IMG/VR virus record: IMGVR_UViG_3300026198_000001
Span: 7,031 to 71,030 of that record
Source of the DNA: a virus
Taxonomy: Duplodnaviria; Caudoviricetes
Reading direction: 5' to 3' (one strand)
Length of the DNA: 64,000 bases
Made by a program: the position numbers and the translations under genes. The notes beneath the pieces are model-generated. The model was given only the letters and a program-made list of their open reading frames with translations. It had not been told where the DNA came from and searched no databases. Position 1 is the stretch's first letter. Each line of letters opens with the position of its first letter. This document shows positions 9,145-17,385 of the stretch, in pieces.

Positions 9145-11088
9145 CTACATCACAACTTCTGGTACTCTTACGTTATTACTCGTGCTTGCTGTGCCTGCCA
9201 TTTCACCAAAAGACGGAGGCGGCGTGGGTTCTTTAACTCCCTCAGATTCACAAGCATAACATACTCCAGCTACTGCATCAGCTACGTCCTTGGAGCCGTT
9301 GGCAGGATGGTCTACCTTATTCTTTTTCTCGTTTCTCTCAAGACGAATGGTCTCCTCGAACAGTGGGTCATAGTGATACGTAATCAACCTGTCTTCATAC
9401 AAAGCATTCTTGTACGCTTCATATACAGCTGGATTCGTGTCGGCTGAAACTGTACCTGAGTCTATACCCGCCTGCTTAAATTGTTGCTGACTGTCTTTAG
9501 ACTGGAACGAGTCGTAAGTCACTCGCCGTATCGGATAACCATAGGAACGCAATTCATAGACAAGACTACGCACATCGGCAAACTGTATCTCCCCACCTTT
9601 TGGAGGCTTGATGCGGAGCATAAATTCAATTACAATAATCGGTGCTTTCATCGTGTATTCTATACCTTCTTCATTCCTGCGGGTTACTGCCTTGTATCCC
9701 TGCACATAGCCCATTGCAAAGCCAGTACTATCACCAGAGTACGAAAGGTCGGCATGAACAAAACGTGGCTTGCTCTTCAAGAAGCTAAGCTCCCTCTCCA
9801 GTCTTTTCCTTTCTTCTCCTACTGCTGAATCTATCTGTTTCTTGAGTCGTGGTATCCGCAACTTATCCATCAAGAACACACCTTTATCCTGAAGCGTGCT
9901 CTCCTCCAGTGAAAACGGATGCTCAAGCCCTATCTCTGCTCCTTTACTCAGTGCCTCAACCACTTTACTTCTATAGCGTATGTACGGTCTGATGGTCAAG
10001 GTCGGTCTGCCAGCAAAGTCTCGTATCGCCGCATCAATGTCCCCTTCAAAGTCCTTCCTGAACTCCTCGGGTATCTCAAGCAATGGCAGGTTCTTCTCCT
10101 CTGCCTTAGCATATTCCTCTTCATTTTCTATGATGCGTGGTGCTTCTGTACCATCTCCTAACGAAATCCAAAACTTCTTCCCTGTCCACCTATCAGCAGG
10201 GAGCGTATCCCACTGAGCATATCTCCTCGTGAATATCGTTGGGTCATCTTCCGCATCCTTGAGCCGGCGTTCCGTATAATCCTCTGGGTATCGACTTGAC
10301 GAAATCTGGAGCAGTATCCCGGGCAATTTCCCTTTCTTCATAAACCTTGACTTCATACGCCTTATCAGTGACTTCTGTAGGCTATCCGCTTGGTCATACT
10401 TACCGTTGGTCGTAGTTCTGGCCTTACTGTTCTCTATCACGGACATGAAGTTCACTTCGTCCATGACTCCACCAAATACGTTGTAACCAATAACACCACT
10501 GTCTCCTGCTGTGGCTGGGAACAACCATACATTATTCGGGAACCTGAGTTCATTGTTCCAAGGACCATACGGGTACTTCTCGACAAAGTACGGACTGGCA
10601 TGAATCTTATTCTTTATGCCTTGGAACACAATCTTCTTGGCATTATCCCGTGTAACCCCAACATTGAGCAAAACAATGACAGACCCCTTCATCAAGCCAT
10701 AGACTTTCTGGGGGTCTCTCAAACAAGAAATCTCATACAACATCCGACAAGTCGCTATCTCAGCAAAGGTTGACTTACCCCAACCAATGGCTCCTGTCAA
10801 AACAGCCTCTACATAGTCACCGTCAAATAACTCTTCAAGGTCATCAAGCAAACGTGGGAACACTTGTCCTTCCAAGCCAAGGTACTGGGGACTTTCAATG
10901 AACTCCCTCGTCTTCACTGGAACATACTTATACGTATAGCCCATCAGATTTTGCAGAATCTCTACTTCATTACCTTCGTTGTCACGCAGAATCTGCATCA
11001 GCATTTCAATATCATTTCTCGTGAACCCCAACGTTAGCTCGTCAAGACTCTGGACTATACGTCTATCCTCCAGTGCCAATGAACTCAT
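9145..11088 (-). CDS. Terminase large subunit
   Basis: Walker A GAIGWGKST, Walker B GVMDEV, RNase H-like nuclease HADLS...HPANGSKDVADAVAG. Confidence 0.92.
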   Translation of the reverse strand: MSSLALEDRRIVQSLDELTLGFTRNDIEMLMQILRDNEGNEVEILQNLMGYTYKYVPVKTREFIESPQYLGLEGQVFPRLLDDLEELFDGDYVEAVLTGAIGWGKSTFAEIATCRMLYEISCLRDPQKVYGLMKGSVIVLLNVGVTRDNAKKIVFQGIKNKIHASPYFVEKYPYGPWNNELRFPNNVWLFPATAGDSGVIGYNVFGGVMDEVNFMSVIENSKARTTTNGKYDQADSLQKSLIRRMKSRFMKKGKLPGILLQISSSRYPEDYTERRLKDAEDDPTIFTRRYAQWDTLPADRWTGKKFWISLGDGTEAPRIIENEEEYAKAEEKNLPLLEIPEEFRKDFEGDIDAAIRDFAGRPTLTIRPYIRYRSKVVEALSKGAEIGLEHPFSLEESTLQDKGVFLMDKLRIPRLKKQIDSAVGEERKRLERELSFLKSKPRFVHADLSYSGDSTGFAMGYVQGYKAVTRRNEEGIEYTMKAPIIVIEFMLRIKPPKGGEIQFADVRSLVYELRSYGYPIRRVTYDSFQSKDSQQQFKQAGIDSGTVSADTNPAVYEAYKNALYEDRLITYHYDPLFEETIRLERNEKKNKVDHPANGSKDVADAVAGVCYACESEGVKEPTPPPSFGEMAGTASTSNNVRVPEVVM

Positions 11089-11091
11089 GTC

Positions 11092-11358
11092 CTATCCCTC
11101 CAACTTTAACGGCAATACTACTCTTAGCATATTCGAATCTTTGAAACTGGACAGTGGCAGAGCCTCTTCCATTGGCATATGCTCACCCGTTGCATTATCT
11201 GCCAGTACTACAAATGGCTGATACAAACGACTAAGGTCTATGCCAAGTGTACTCACCACAAAATCTGTGACCTTCTGTGGGTCTACACTATCCTCAACGT
11301 CTATTTCCATTCTGCCACCTAACGATACAATAACAGTTACTTTCTTCTCCTCAGCCAT
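11092..11358 (-). CDS. Small ubiquitin-like (beta-grasp) protein candidate, 88 aa, ends in Gly
   Basis: Start reassigned to the ATG at 11358 (AGGAG RBS); the sequence aligns by eye to the ubiquitin pattern (see findings). Confidence 0.55.
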   Translation of the reverse strand: MAEEKKVTVIVSLGGRMEIDVEDSVDPQKVTDFVVSTLGIDLSRLYQPFVVLADNATGEHMPMEEALPLSSFKDSNMLRVVLPLKLEG

Positions 11359-11368
11359 ATACATTCTC

Positions 11369-11569
11369 CTATCCCTGCAAGAGTGCAAGCAGTTCTTTTT
11401 TACTCGCTCGTCTGTTGAACGTAATCCCGGCTTTCTCAAGCTCAACTGTTATCTCGGCCTTAGTCAGCTTTTCAGGTGGAATCGGAGCAACAGGCTTCTT
11501 CACTTTAGCCTTAGCCTTCGCATCTGCTTTACGAGCTTTCCTCCATGCCTTCAAAATCTCCTCATGCAT
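11369..11569 (-). CDS. Small basic protein with HeH/LEM-like (Rho N-terminal-like) motif
   Basis: LTKAEITVELEKAGITFNRRASKKELLALL; start at 11569 overlaps the upstream stop codon. Confidence 0.6.
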   Translation of the reverse strand: MHEEILKAWRKARKADAKAKAKVKKPVAPIPPEKLTKAEITVELEKAGITFNRRASKKELLALLQG

Positions 11570-12251
11570 TGACGTTCTCCTCCTTTTTCTTTTTCTTTGC
11601 AACTATATCCCGCATCGTTTTCCAATAGCTGGGATACCACTGCACCTTAACATAATCCTCCAGCTTAATCGGAGTGGCTTCACCATAAGCAAGGACCAAC
11701 TCTGGCTCTATCACCTCAACCATTTTCTCAAACCCTGCGATGAACAATTCCCTGACCTCCTTCGGTCTGTTTGCCCCTACAGTCGAGATGGCTACTATGC
11801 TTCCCTTCTCTATCCCAGCAAAGCAGAACTCATAACTCCTCTCGTCTGCCCAAGTTACAGATGGCAGTACTTCTATGCCATTACTCTGCCAATAGCAACC
11901 AATCCACCTACTACGATACGTATTCCAAACCTGTAACACTTTCGGGTACTCAGCATACAGACTAAAATCTGGTGTCAATGCCCTACCTGTCTTCTTGACT
12001 AAGGACAAAGTCTGCACTGGCCTAGTCCATACGTGTTCAAAGTGATAATCGTCAACGAAGAAATGTACAGCACCCTTCTTCATATCTACATCCCCACTCA
12101 CACGTTGCTTGACAGGCAATAACCACTCTGGAACAAAGTAGTCTTTTCGTAAAGTCGGGATACCATAATCATTGTCAATGCCAAACAGGTTGAACGTATT
12201 CAGTGCATCAAAATTCCCGGGCAACCTTTTCCAACTATTCACTGTTCTCAT
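11562..12251 (-). CDS. DUF4417-family protein
   Basis: HFFVDDYHFE, LTPDFSLY, WNTYRSRWIGCYWQSNGIEVLPSVTW, AISTVG motifs. Confidence 0.8.
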   Translation of the reverse strand: MRTVNSWKRLPGNFDALNTFNLFGIDNDYGIPTLRKDYFVPEWLLPVKQRVSGDVDMKKGAVHFFVDDYHFEHVWTRPVQTLSLVKKTGRALTPDFSLYAEYPKVLQVWNTYRSRWIGCYWQSNGIEVLPSVTWADERSYEFCFAGIEKGSIVAISTVGANRPKEVRELFIAGFEKMVEVIEPELVLAYGEATPIKLEDYVKVQWYPSYWKTMRDIVAKKKKKEENVNA

Positions 12252-12483
12252 CTATCTTTATCCCTGCCAATCTCTGTTGCTCTTTCTTGGCATTATCACT
12301 GAGTACCAGAAACGGACATGCCTTGCCATCAAAGAATACAGAATCAGGTATCCCATTCGGGTACTTTTCACAACTAGCCTTGTCAGTGACTTTCATCCCT
12401 TTCAAAGACTTCTCGTGCACCTTTACACATTCATAACACTTTGGCGGTTTTCTAGTTACCATAGTCCTGTCCTCCTTATGCAT
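12235..12483 (-). CDS. Small Cys-rich protein (CxxC...CEKYPNGIP...C)
   Basis: Overlaps both neighbours; C.x(Y/F)PxGIP motif. Confidence 0.6.
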   Translation of the reverse strand: MHKEDRTMVTRKPPKCYECVKVHEKSLKGMKVTDKASCEKYPNGIPDSVFFDGKACPFLVLSDNAKKEQQRLAGIKIDENSE

Positions 12484-13192
12484 AATTCTTGGTCAGTACT
12501 CCCTGTACAAACGCATCGAATGTACCTGCCTCAACCTTTCCACCTGTAGCTATCTTAGCAAAGGACTCAGCCCACGCTTCATGATGGTCTGTCTTTGCAT
12601 ACTGCGAACTAAGCTTCGTACTCTTGAACGCTTTTTTCATATCTGCCTCTTTCATCTTGCCTGTTGCTATCAGATGGTCTCCTACGGTGTGACCATACTC
12701 ATGCGAAATCAACCCACTTACTCCACCCGTTGACATCCATCCTGTCTGCTTGCACTGCGTATACTCCCTAGTCAACTTCTTCAGATTGTAATCACTGTCG
12801 ATATTCAGCTTCCCATCCCCAAACACAGCGTAAGCACCATCATAATCCTTACCCCAAGCTACAACCAGATTCTTAACCCCAAACTCTTTCAACCTGGTCT
12901 CCCCTTCTACTGGGTACTTATCCATAAGCCCGGACAATACATCTGCACCAGCTCGAGCAAGCATCTCCTGCTCAGCCTTCTTCATATTCCTCGAACTGGT
13001 GTACACAATCCTCACCCCGGGCAGTGCTTTCTCAATATCTTTTGCAGTCGGGTACTTTGCTTTCAGGTAGGCTTCAAGTTCCTTGTACTCAGCATCACTC
13101 AGCCCGTCATCTGTGGCACTTCCACCACCACCTAGTAACTGTGCCGCACGTGATGCTCTAGCATGACCTTTGCTTGCTCCTCTACCTCCCAT
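12476..13192 (-). CDS. Zincin-like metallopeptidase with an MGGRG N-terminus
   Basis: HEYGH zinc motif followed by SQYA...EAWAESF. Confidence 0.7.
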   Translation of the reverse strand: MGGRGASKGHARASRAAQLLGGGGSATDDGLSDAEYKELEAYLKAKYPTAKDIEKALPGVRIVYTSSRNMKKAEQEMLARAGADVLSGLMDKYPVEGETRLKEFGVKNLVVAWGKDYDGAYAVFGDGKLNIDSDYNLKKLTREYTQCKQTGWMSTGGVSGLISHEYGHTVGDHLIATGKMKEADMKKAFKSTKLSSQYAKTDHHEAWAESFAKIATGGKVEAGTFDAFVQGVLTKNYA

Positions 13193-13279
13193 ACTAAAAC
13201 CCCCTCAAACTGCATAACTCTACAAAATACTGTATCTTTATGCTTTGTACCCCGTCATTTTTCGAGACCCTCTGCATAA

Positions 13280-13909
13280 CTATTCATCGGTATCCTCTGT
13301 ATCCCCCGCCGGTTCTACAATTACCTTAGACATCGCCTGAAGCATTTTTCCAGCCAGTAAGCCAAGTCTTGCTTTCGTACCTTCATCGGTAGTCTCATCC
13401 ATCAGTGTCGAACTAAAGTTCCCTGACACACTAAGCTGGTCAGGTACTTTACTCATAATCCCCAGCTCCATCTTCTTCTGCACCATGCTATTCAGCAAGT
13501 CCATAGCTATACGTATCTCATGCCCAGTACTGCCGAACAGCTTGTTAATCTTAGTCTCAGTCTCAGCATCAATACTGATACGCCGTAACTGGAACAGGTA
13601 CAGCTTTTCAAGTTCTTCTATTTCATTGATTCCTCGGTGCATCTTTTCAATAGCTCTTTGCAGATAGACAGGTGGGTCTCTCAACAGTTCAGCAGGTGGC
13701 AGGGAGCCTTTGTACCTGAACAGTTTCCTTACTAGACTATCACGCTTAATGGCGGTCTGTTGGAGCATATCTTCTTGTAACCATCTGGCTATCTCTTCAA
13801 TAGCTATCCCAGCCTTGACCTTCTTGTGGAACTCTTCATAACAGTGCATATCTTTCAAATCCTTGAAGGCATGGCTTTTCTTTGCCTTCTTCTGTGCCAT
13901 ACGTATCAC
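13280..13909 (-). CDS. Putative terminase small subunit
   Basis: 209 aa, all-helical with an HTH-like N-terminus, first gene of the packaging block. Confidence 0.5.
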   Translation of the reverse strand: MIRMAQKKAKKSHAFKDLKDMHCYEEFHKKVKAGIAIEEIARWLQEDMLQQTAIKRDSLVRKLFRYKGSLPPAELLRDPPVYLQRAIEKMHRGINEIEELEKLYLFQLRRISIDAETETKINKLFGSTGHEIRIAMDLLNSMVQKKMELGIMSKVPDQLSVSGNFSSTLMDETTDEGTKARLGLLAGKMLQAMSKVIVEPAGDTEDTDE

Positions 13910-13961
13910 CCCAAACTAATCATGTACTGTCTACTTCATTCTTCCTCAACATTTTCCTTTA

Positions 13962-13975
13962 CTACTATACTATGC
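13962..13975 (-). promoter_or_regulatory. Candidate late-promoter element GCATAGTATAGTAG upstream of the packaging block
   Basis: Identical to 9110-9123; intergenic. Confidence 0.45.
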
Positions 13976-14227
13976 CAATTTCTATGCTTACAATACAAGC
14001 ATATACCAACTTTTTCTAGCTGTCTATTCTTAACATGACAAAACGATAGCTTATGACAGGTTTCTTACCTTCTTCCCTGACAAAACTACCGCTTTCTCTC
14101 TTCTTGGTCGGTCTACTTTACCCTTTTCACATCTCTTACGCTTCAATTCGGTGACAATACATGACAATTACCATTAGCGTGTAGTCACACGGTTCAAAAC
14201 TACCATTTAACTTTCTCATCTGCTCAT

Positions 14228-14740
14228 CTAATAACCATTATCCTGCCGTTCGTGGTTCACCTTGTTCTTCTTCCAATATTCTATTTCAAGCTCGTCCGGC
14301 GTTACACCAAGGCACATACAGAAACCAAGGAACGTACCAAATGCATCCCACCAAGCATCTACCCAGTCTGCATGCATCTGCAAATCTGTCGGCTTGATTG
14401 CTAACAAAGATATACGTGCAAACAAGTCAAGTGCTATTACAACCAGCATGTCAGGCGTACCTACTGGAAACTTTAGGTTCTCCTTCGGCTGTACTTTGTT
14501 CGTTACTGCTATGGACAGCAGGAAGTGCAAACAGTCAGCCAACTCTTCCAGCAATCCCTCTCGTGGCTCTCGGTCCTTGCTCCAATGCTTAAAGAACCGT
14601 GCTTCGTTGCAAGCTTCTCCAAACTCTACTAAGAGTGCAAGTACCCTCCCTTCGTATGTACTCGCTGGAGTCAGTCCGTGCTCTTCACATACTCGGTCAT
14701 CCAATACCTTCTGTGCCTCAAACAGCTTCTTAATATCCAT
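14228..14740 (-). CDS. dut: Dimeric (all-alpha) dUTPase
   Basis: ALLVEFGEACNEARFFKHWS, LLEELADCLHFLLS, YWKKNKVNHERQDNGY. Confidence 0.88.
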   Translation of the reverse strand: MDIKKLFEAQKVLDDRVCEEHGLTPASTYEGRVLALLVEFGEACNEARFFKHWSKDREPREGLLEELADCLHFLLSIAVTNKVQPKENLKFPVGTPDMLVVIALDLFARISLLAIKPTDLQMHADWVDAWWDAFGTFLGFCMCLGVTPDELEIEYWKKNKVNHERQDNGY

Positions 14741-15014
14741 CCAACGCTCTGCTCCTTTCCATTATCCATATGCATAGCTTAGCCACCAGTAGCTGATGCC
14801 AGTTCAAACCTTCCTGCGGCATTATCTTTGCAGTGTATCCACGTGTCCTATACCAGTCATAGCAGAAAAACAAGAATCGTAACGTATTTTTCTCCCTTCT
14901 TCCATGTGCTGACAAGAAGACATCGAGACTGGCTACACATCCTTCTCCTTCTATGACTAACACTATCATCTTGTCTACCCTCATAGACAGTCTCTCTGTG
15001 TATTCTTGCATCAT
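14730..15014 (-). CDS. Hypothetical protein
   Basis: Start placed at the ATG at 15014 after an AGGAGG RBS. Confidence 0.45.
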   Translation of the reverse strand: MMQEYTERLSMRVDKMIVLVIEGEGCVASLDVFLSAHGRREKNTLRFLFFCYDWYRTRGYTAKIMPQEGLNWHQLLVAKLCIWIMERSRALDGY

Positions 15015-15021
15015 ACTCCTC

Positions 15022-15549
15022 CTAAACTGCCATATCCCGTTTACGTAAACCCCCTGCCCTCCGTGCTGACAGGGCCAATCTTCCTTCTGTACTTGCAATA
15101 AGCATAGCAAGAATCTCTTCGCCAACATTAACATAGTTGTTCACATCATCTATGTACTCGTCAGCTATTTCCGATATGTGCAAGAGCAGGGTTCTGGTCG
15201 TACCTTCTACTACGCACAACGCACCATAGGTCTTTACCACTACAACAGTGGCTAGGACTATGTCCCCTATCCGCTTGTCCAGACTTTCGTCTACACTAGT
15301 CAGTTCCTCTTCTTCTGCTATTTCTATGCCTGTGCTGTGTTCATCTACAGCGTCCTCACCAAGCTCACGCATGACCCGGGCTATCTCACATATCTGATGA
15401 TACACCATGCTGTCCTGCTTCCCGAACAAACCTGCTAGGCTCCAAGCCAGCCGTGTCTTTGGTATCTTGGTCGCTTCCACATACTTAATTCCTGCTACTA
15501 TAATGTCCTTCTCTTCTTTACTGAACTTAATCCGCTTAGCTCTCCCCAT
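15022..15549 (-). CDS. S1 RNA-binding domain protein with an N-terminal Myb-like helical domain
   Basis: VKTYGALC...LLHISEIADEYIDDVNNYVNVGEEI...GRLALSAR matches the S1 consensus. Confidence 0.8.
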   Translation of the reverse strand: MGRAKRIKFSKEEKDIIVAGIKYVEATKIPKTRLAWSLAGLFGKQDSMVYHQICEIARVMRELGEDAVDEHSTGIEIAEEEELTSVDESLDKRIGDIVLATVVVVKTYGALCVVEGTTRTLLLHISEIADEYIDDVNNYVNVGEEILAMLIASTEGRLALSARRAGGLRKRDMAV

Positions 15550-15632
15550 ATGCATATACCTCCTCTATGTTCTATGCTTTCATAGCTGTGTCCTGCTAAC
15601 TATCTACGTCTCATCATCCGCTTACCTCCTCT

Positions 15633-15935
15633 CTACTGCATGTCACTTACAAAGGTACGGTTCCTCCAGAAGCTCTCATAACCAATAACCATCTGACCTT
15701 CCGCACCGTTGGGCTTCTTATACTGGACGTTATACATGTGAATCCGTGAAGACAGTCTTGCAGGACTGCTATCTCTCTTGGACTCATCAGGATTGTACAT
15801 CAAGTCTCGATACTGGTCTGCTGTAATCCAGCCATACCCAAAAACATAGACTTCATTAATCCATAGGACTTCTCTGTCCAGATACATTACCTTTCCTGCC
15901 ATTCCGAATCCCTCCATTCTCACTTCACTCGCCAT
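15633..15935 (-). CDS. Hypothetical protein
   Basis: 100 aa ORF, coupled to the upstream gene. Confidence 0.45.
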   Translation of the reverse strand: MASEVRMEGFGMAGKVMYLDREVLWINEVYVFGYGWITADQYRDLMYNPDESKRDSSPARLSSRIHMYNVQYKKPNGAEGQMVIGYESFWRNRTFVSDMQ

Positions 15936-16297
15936 ATCTTATATGCACTTCTGTGGGAGCAATCCCAAGTGTCATACAAGACTCCATCTACTACCGATGC
16001 CAGATGACCTGCTACTGCTATTACGTATGTCCCTCTCCATTTGCATACATCTGCTATGGTATACCGCTTCTTCATCCCGTCTTCTCTGACATACATCACA
16101 CCTATCGTCTTGTACTTTTTCAAGTACCTTTCATAGACTTCTTTACTGTTTGGCAATGCAAACTGTTTTCTGCCTATCTCTACGAGTGCATCGAAAATCT
16201 CTAACCAACCCTTGCCCTCTACTTTAGCTATTGCTCTAACAACACAGTCACTTGTCTTTCTATTCCTTGGGTTCAAGTTCTCCTTCACAAAACCCAT
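15920..16297 (-). CDS. Conserved phage hypothetical protein (DCVVRAIA motif)
   Basis: DCVVRAIA...GHLASVVDGVLYDTWD; lies directly behind a promoter repeat. Confidence 0.65.
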   Translation of the reverse strand: MGFVKENLNPRNRKTSDCVVRAIAKVEGKGWLEIFDALVEIGRKQFALPNSKEVYERYLKKYKTIGVMYVREDGMKKRYTIADVCKWRGTYVIAVAGHLASVVDGVLYDTWDCSHRSAYKIWRVK

Positions 16298-16338
16298 TCT
16301 CCTCTGACCCTCCTCTGTGTTTTTTTTTGTTTTCTTTT

Positions 16339-16367
16339 ATCTTAACATATAATGATGTCTTTGTCAA
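16339..16367 (-). promoter_or_regulatory. sigmaA promoter repeat (TTGACA-17-TAAGAT, extended -10)
   Basis: TTGACA AAGACATCATTATATGT TAAGAT, followed by AAAAGAAAACAAAA. Confidence 0.85.
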
Positions 16368-16429
16368 GCATATTTCCAAAATTTGTTTTGGCAATCCGCA
16401 AGCTTCTTCTGGTAATCCCTTTAGTCTCC

Positions 16430-16517
16430 AAAAAGCAGGTCGTAGAATGCGTTGTGATGCACGAAAACGTCAGAGTTTGAATATTGGGTTGAGGGTTCGT
16501 TTTTTAATTCGTTAGAA
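16430..16517. repeat. Bipartite repeat copy 1 (44 bp + 34 bp spacer + 10 bp)
   Basis: Matches 34886-34973: 42/44 identity in the first block and the same spacing to TTCGTTAGAA. Confidence 0.85.
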
Positions 16518-16547
16518 TGCATCTTCTGTGAACCCCATAAAATGGGC

Positions 16548-16573
16548 AATGGAGGCTTTCTATTGCCTCCATT
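16548..16573 (-). terminator. Stem-loop closing the modification operon
   Basis: AATGGAGGC / GCCTCCATT 9-bp inverted repeat about 30 nt after the ParB stop; weak U-tract. Confidence 0.7.
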
Positions 16574-16602
16574 TATCTTTCCAATCTTTCTGGTGAGTCC
16601 AA

Positions 16603-17385
16603 TTAAGCATCCTCTTCTTCAAAAATGCTTCCTTCGTCAGGTAGTGGGTCAAGTTCAGCTAACACAGTATCTCCATACTCAGTAATCAATTTCGAGAAAA
16701 ACTGTGTCATGTCATAGTTCCCTGACTTCAATTCCTCAACCACACCATCAATCATTTTCTTCTTTAGCTTCTCGTCCATCATTATCCACAGGTGCGTTTT
16801 CCCTCCGTACTGGAAGACCATGAAGTTCTGCTTGAGCGTGTCACCATAGGTACTGAACATTTCGTTCAAGATTCGTGACAGGTCATCGACTGTCTTCATC
16901 TCTTTCTTGGCCTTGCCCAACTTGTCTTGCAGTTCCTTCGGCAGTTCCTTCTTTACATTTACATAGAGCTGGTCAAATGCCTTAGCATCCACAAGAGCCA
17001 TCATTTCTTTCGTCAGCTCTTTCCCATACTTATCAGCCATCTGGTCAAACAGCTTCGTGAACTTAACTGGGTCAAGCTTGCCTTTGAGCATATTCATCCG
17101 TACAGTCTGGAACTTTGCCGCATCCATATCGAACTCATCCATAACATAAGCAGGTACTTCTGCCATTCCCAATACTTTGCATGCTTCCCAGCGATGGTGT
17201 CCTGACACTATCAAATACGTGCCATCATCTTCAGGCTTAACCATAATTGGCTCGGTCATCCCTATCTCACGGATGTTCTCAGTCAAGGCATTGAACACTG
17301 ACTCACTCTGCGTGTTCGGGTTCCATTCATTAGGCTTTACACTGTTAATATCCAGATACACTATCTCTCTACGCATTTCCTCCAT
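16603..17385 (-). CDS. ParB/Srx-like nuclease-domain protein
   Basis: KPNEWNPN...IGMTEPIMV...IVSGHHRWEA. Confidence 0.85.
   Translation of the reverse strand: MEEMRREIVYLDINSVKPNEWNPNTQSESVFNALTENIREIGMTEPIMVKPEDDGTYLIVSGHHRWEACKVLGMAEVPAYVMDEFDMDAAKFQTVRMNMLKGKLDPVKFTKLFDQMADKYGKELTKEMMALVDAKAFDQLYVNVKKELPKELQDKLGKAKKEMKTVDDLSRILNEMFSTYGDTLKQNFMVFQYGGKTHLWIMMDEKLKKKMIDGVVEELKSGNYDMTQFFSKLITEYGDTVLAELDPLPDEGSIFEEEDA

Noticed and set aside
11359-11445. N-terminal extension of the 117-aa ORF in the track (similarly 55406-55459, 29851-29910, 15015-15134)
   Set aside because: Overlaps upstream genes; better RBS-linked starts lie downstream.
14040-14227. Possible small gene after dUTPase
   Set aside because: All minus-strand frames are short or lack a start and RBS.
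16603-17385. ParB as a plasmid-prophage partition protein
   Set aside because: No ParA or parS-like array nearby; translationally coupled to a glycosyltransferase.
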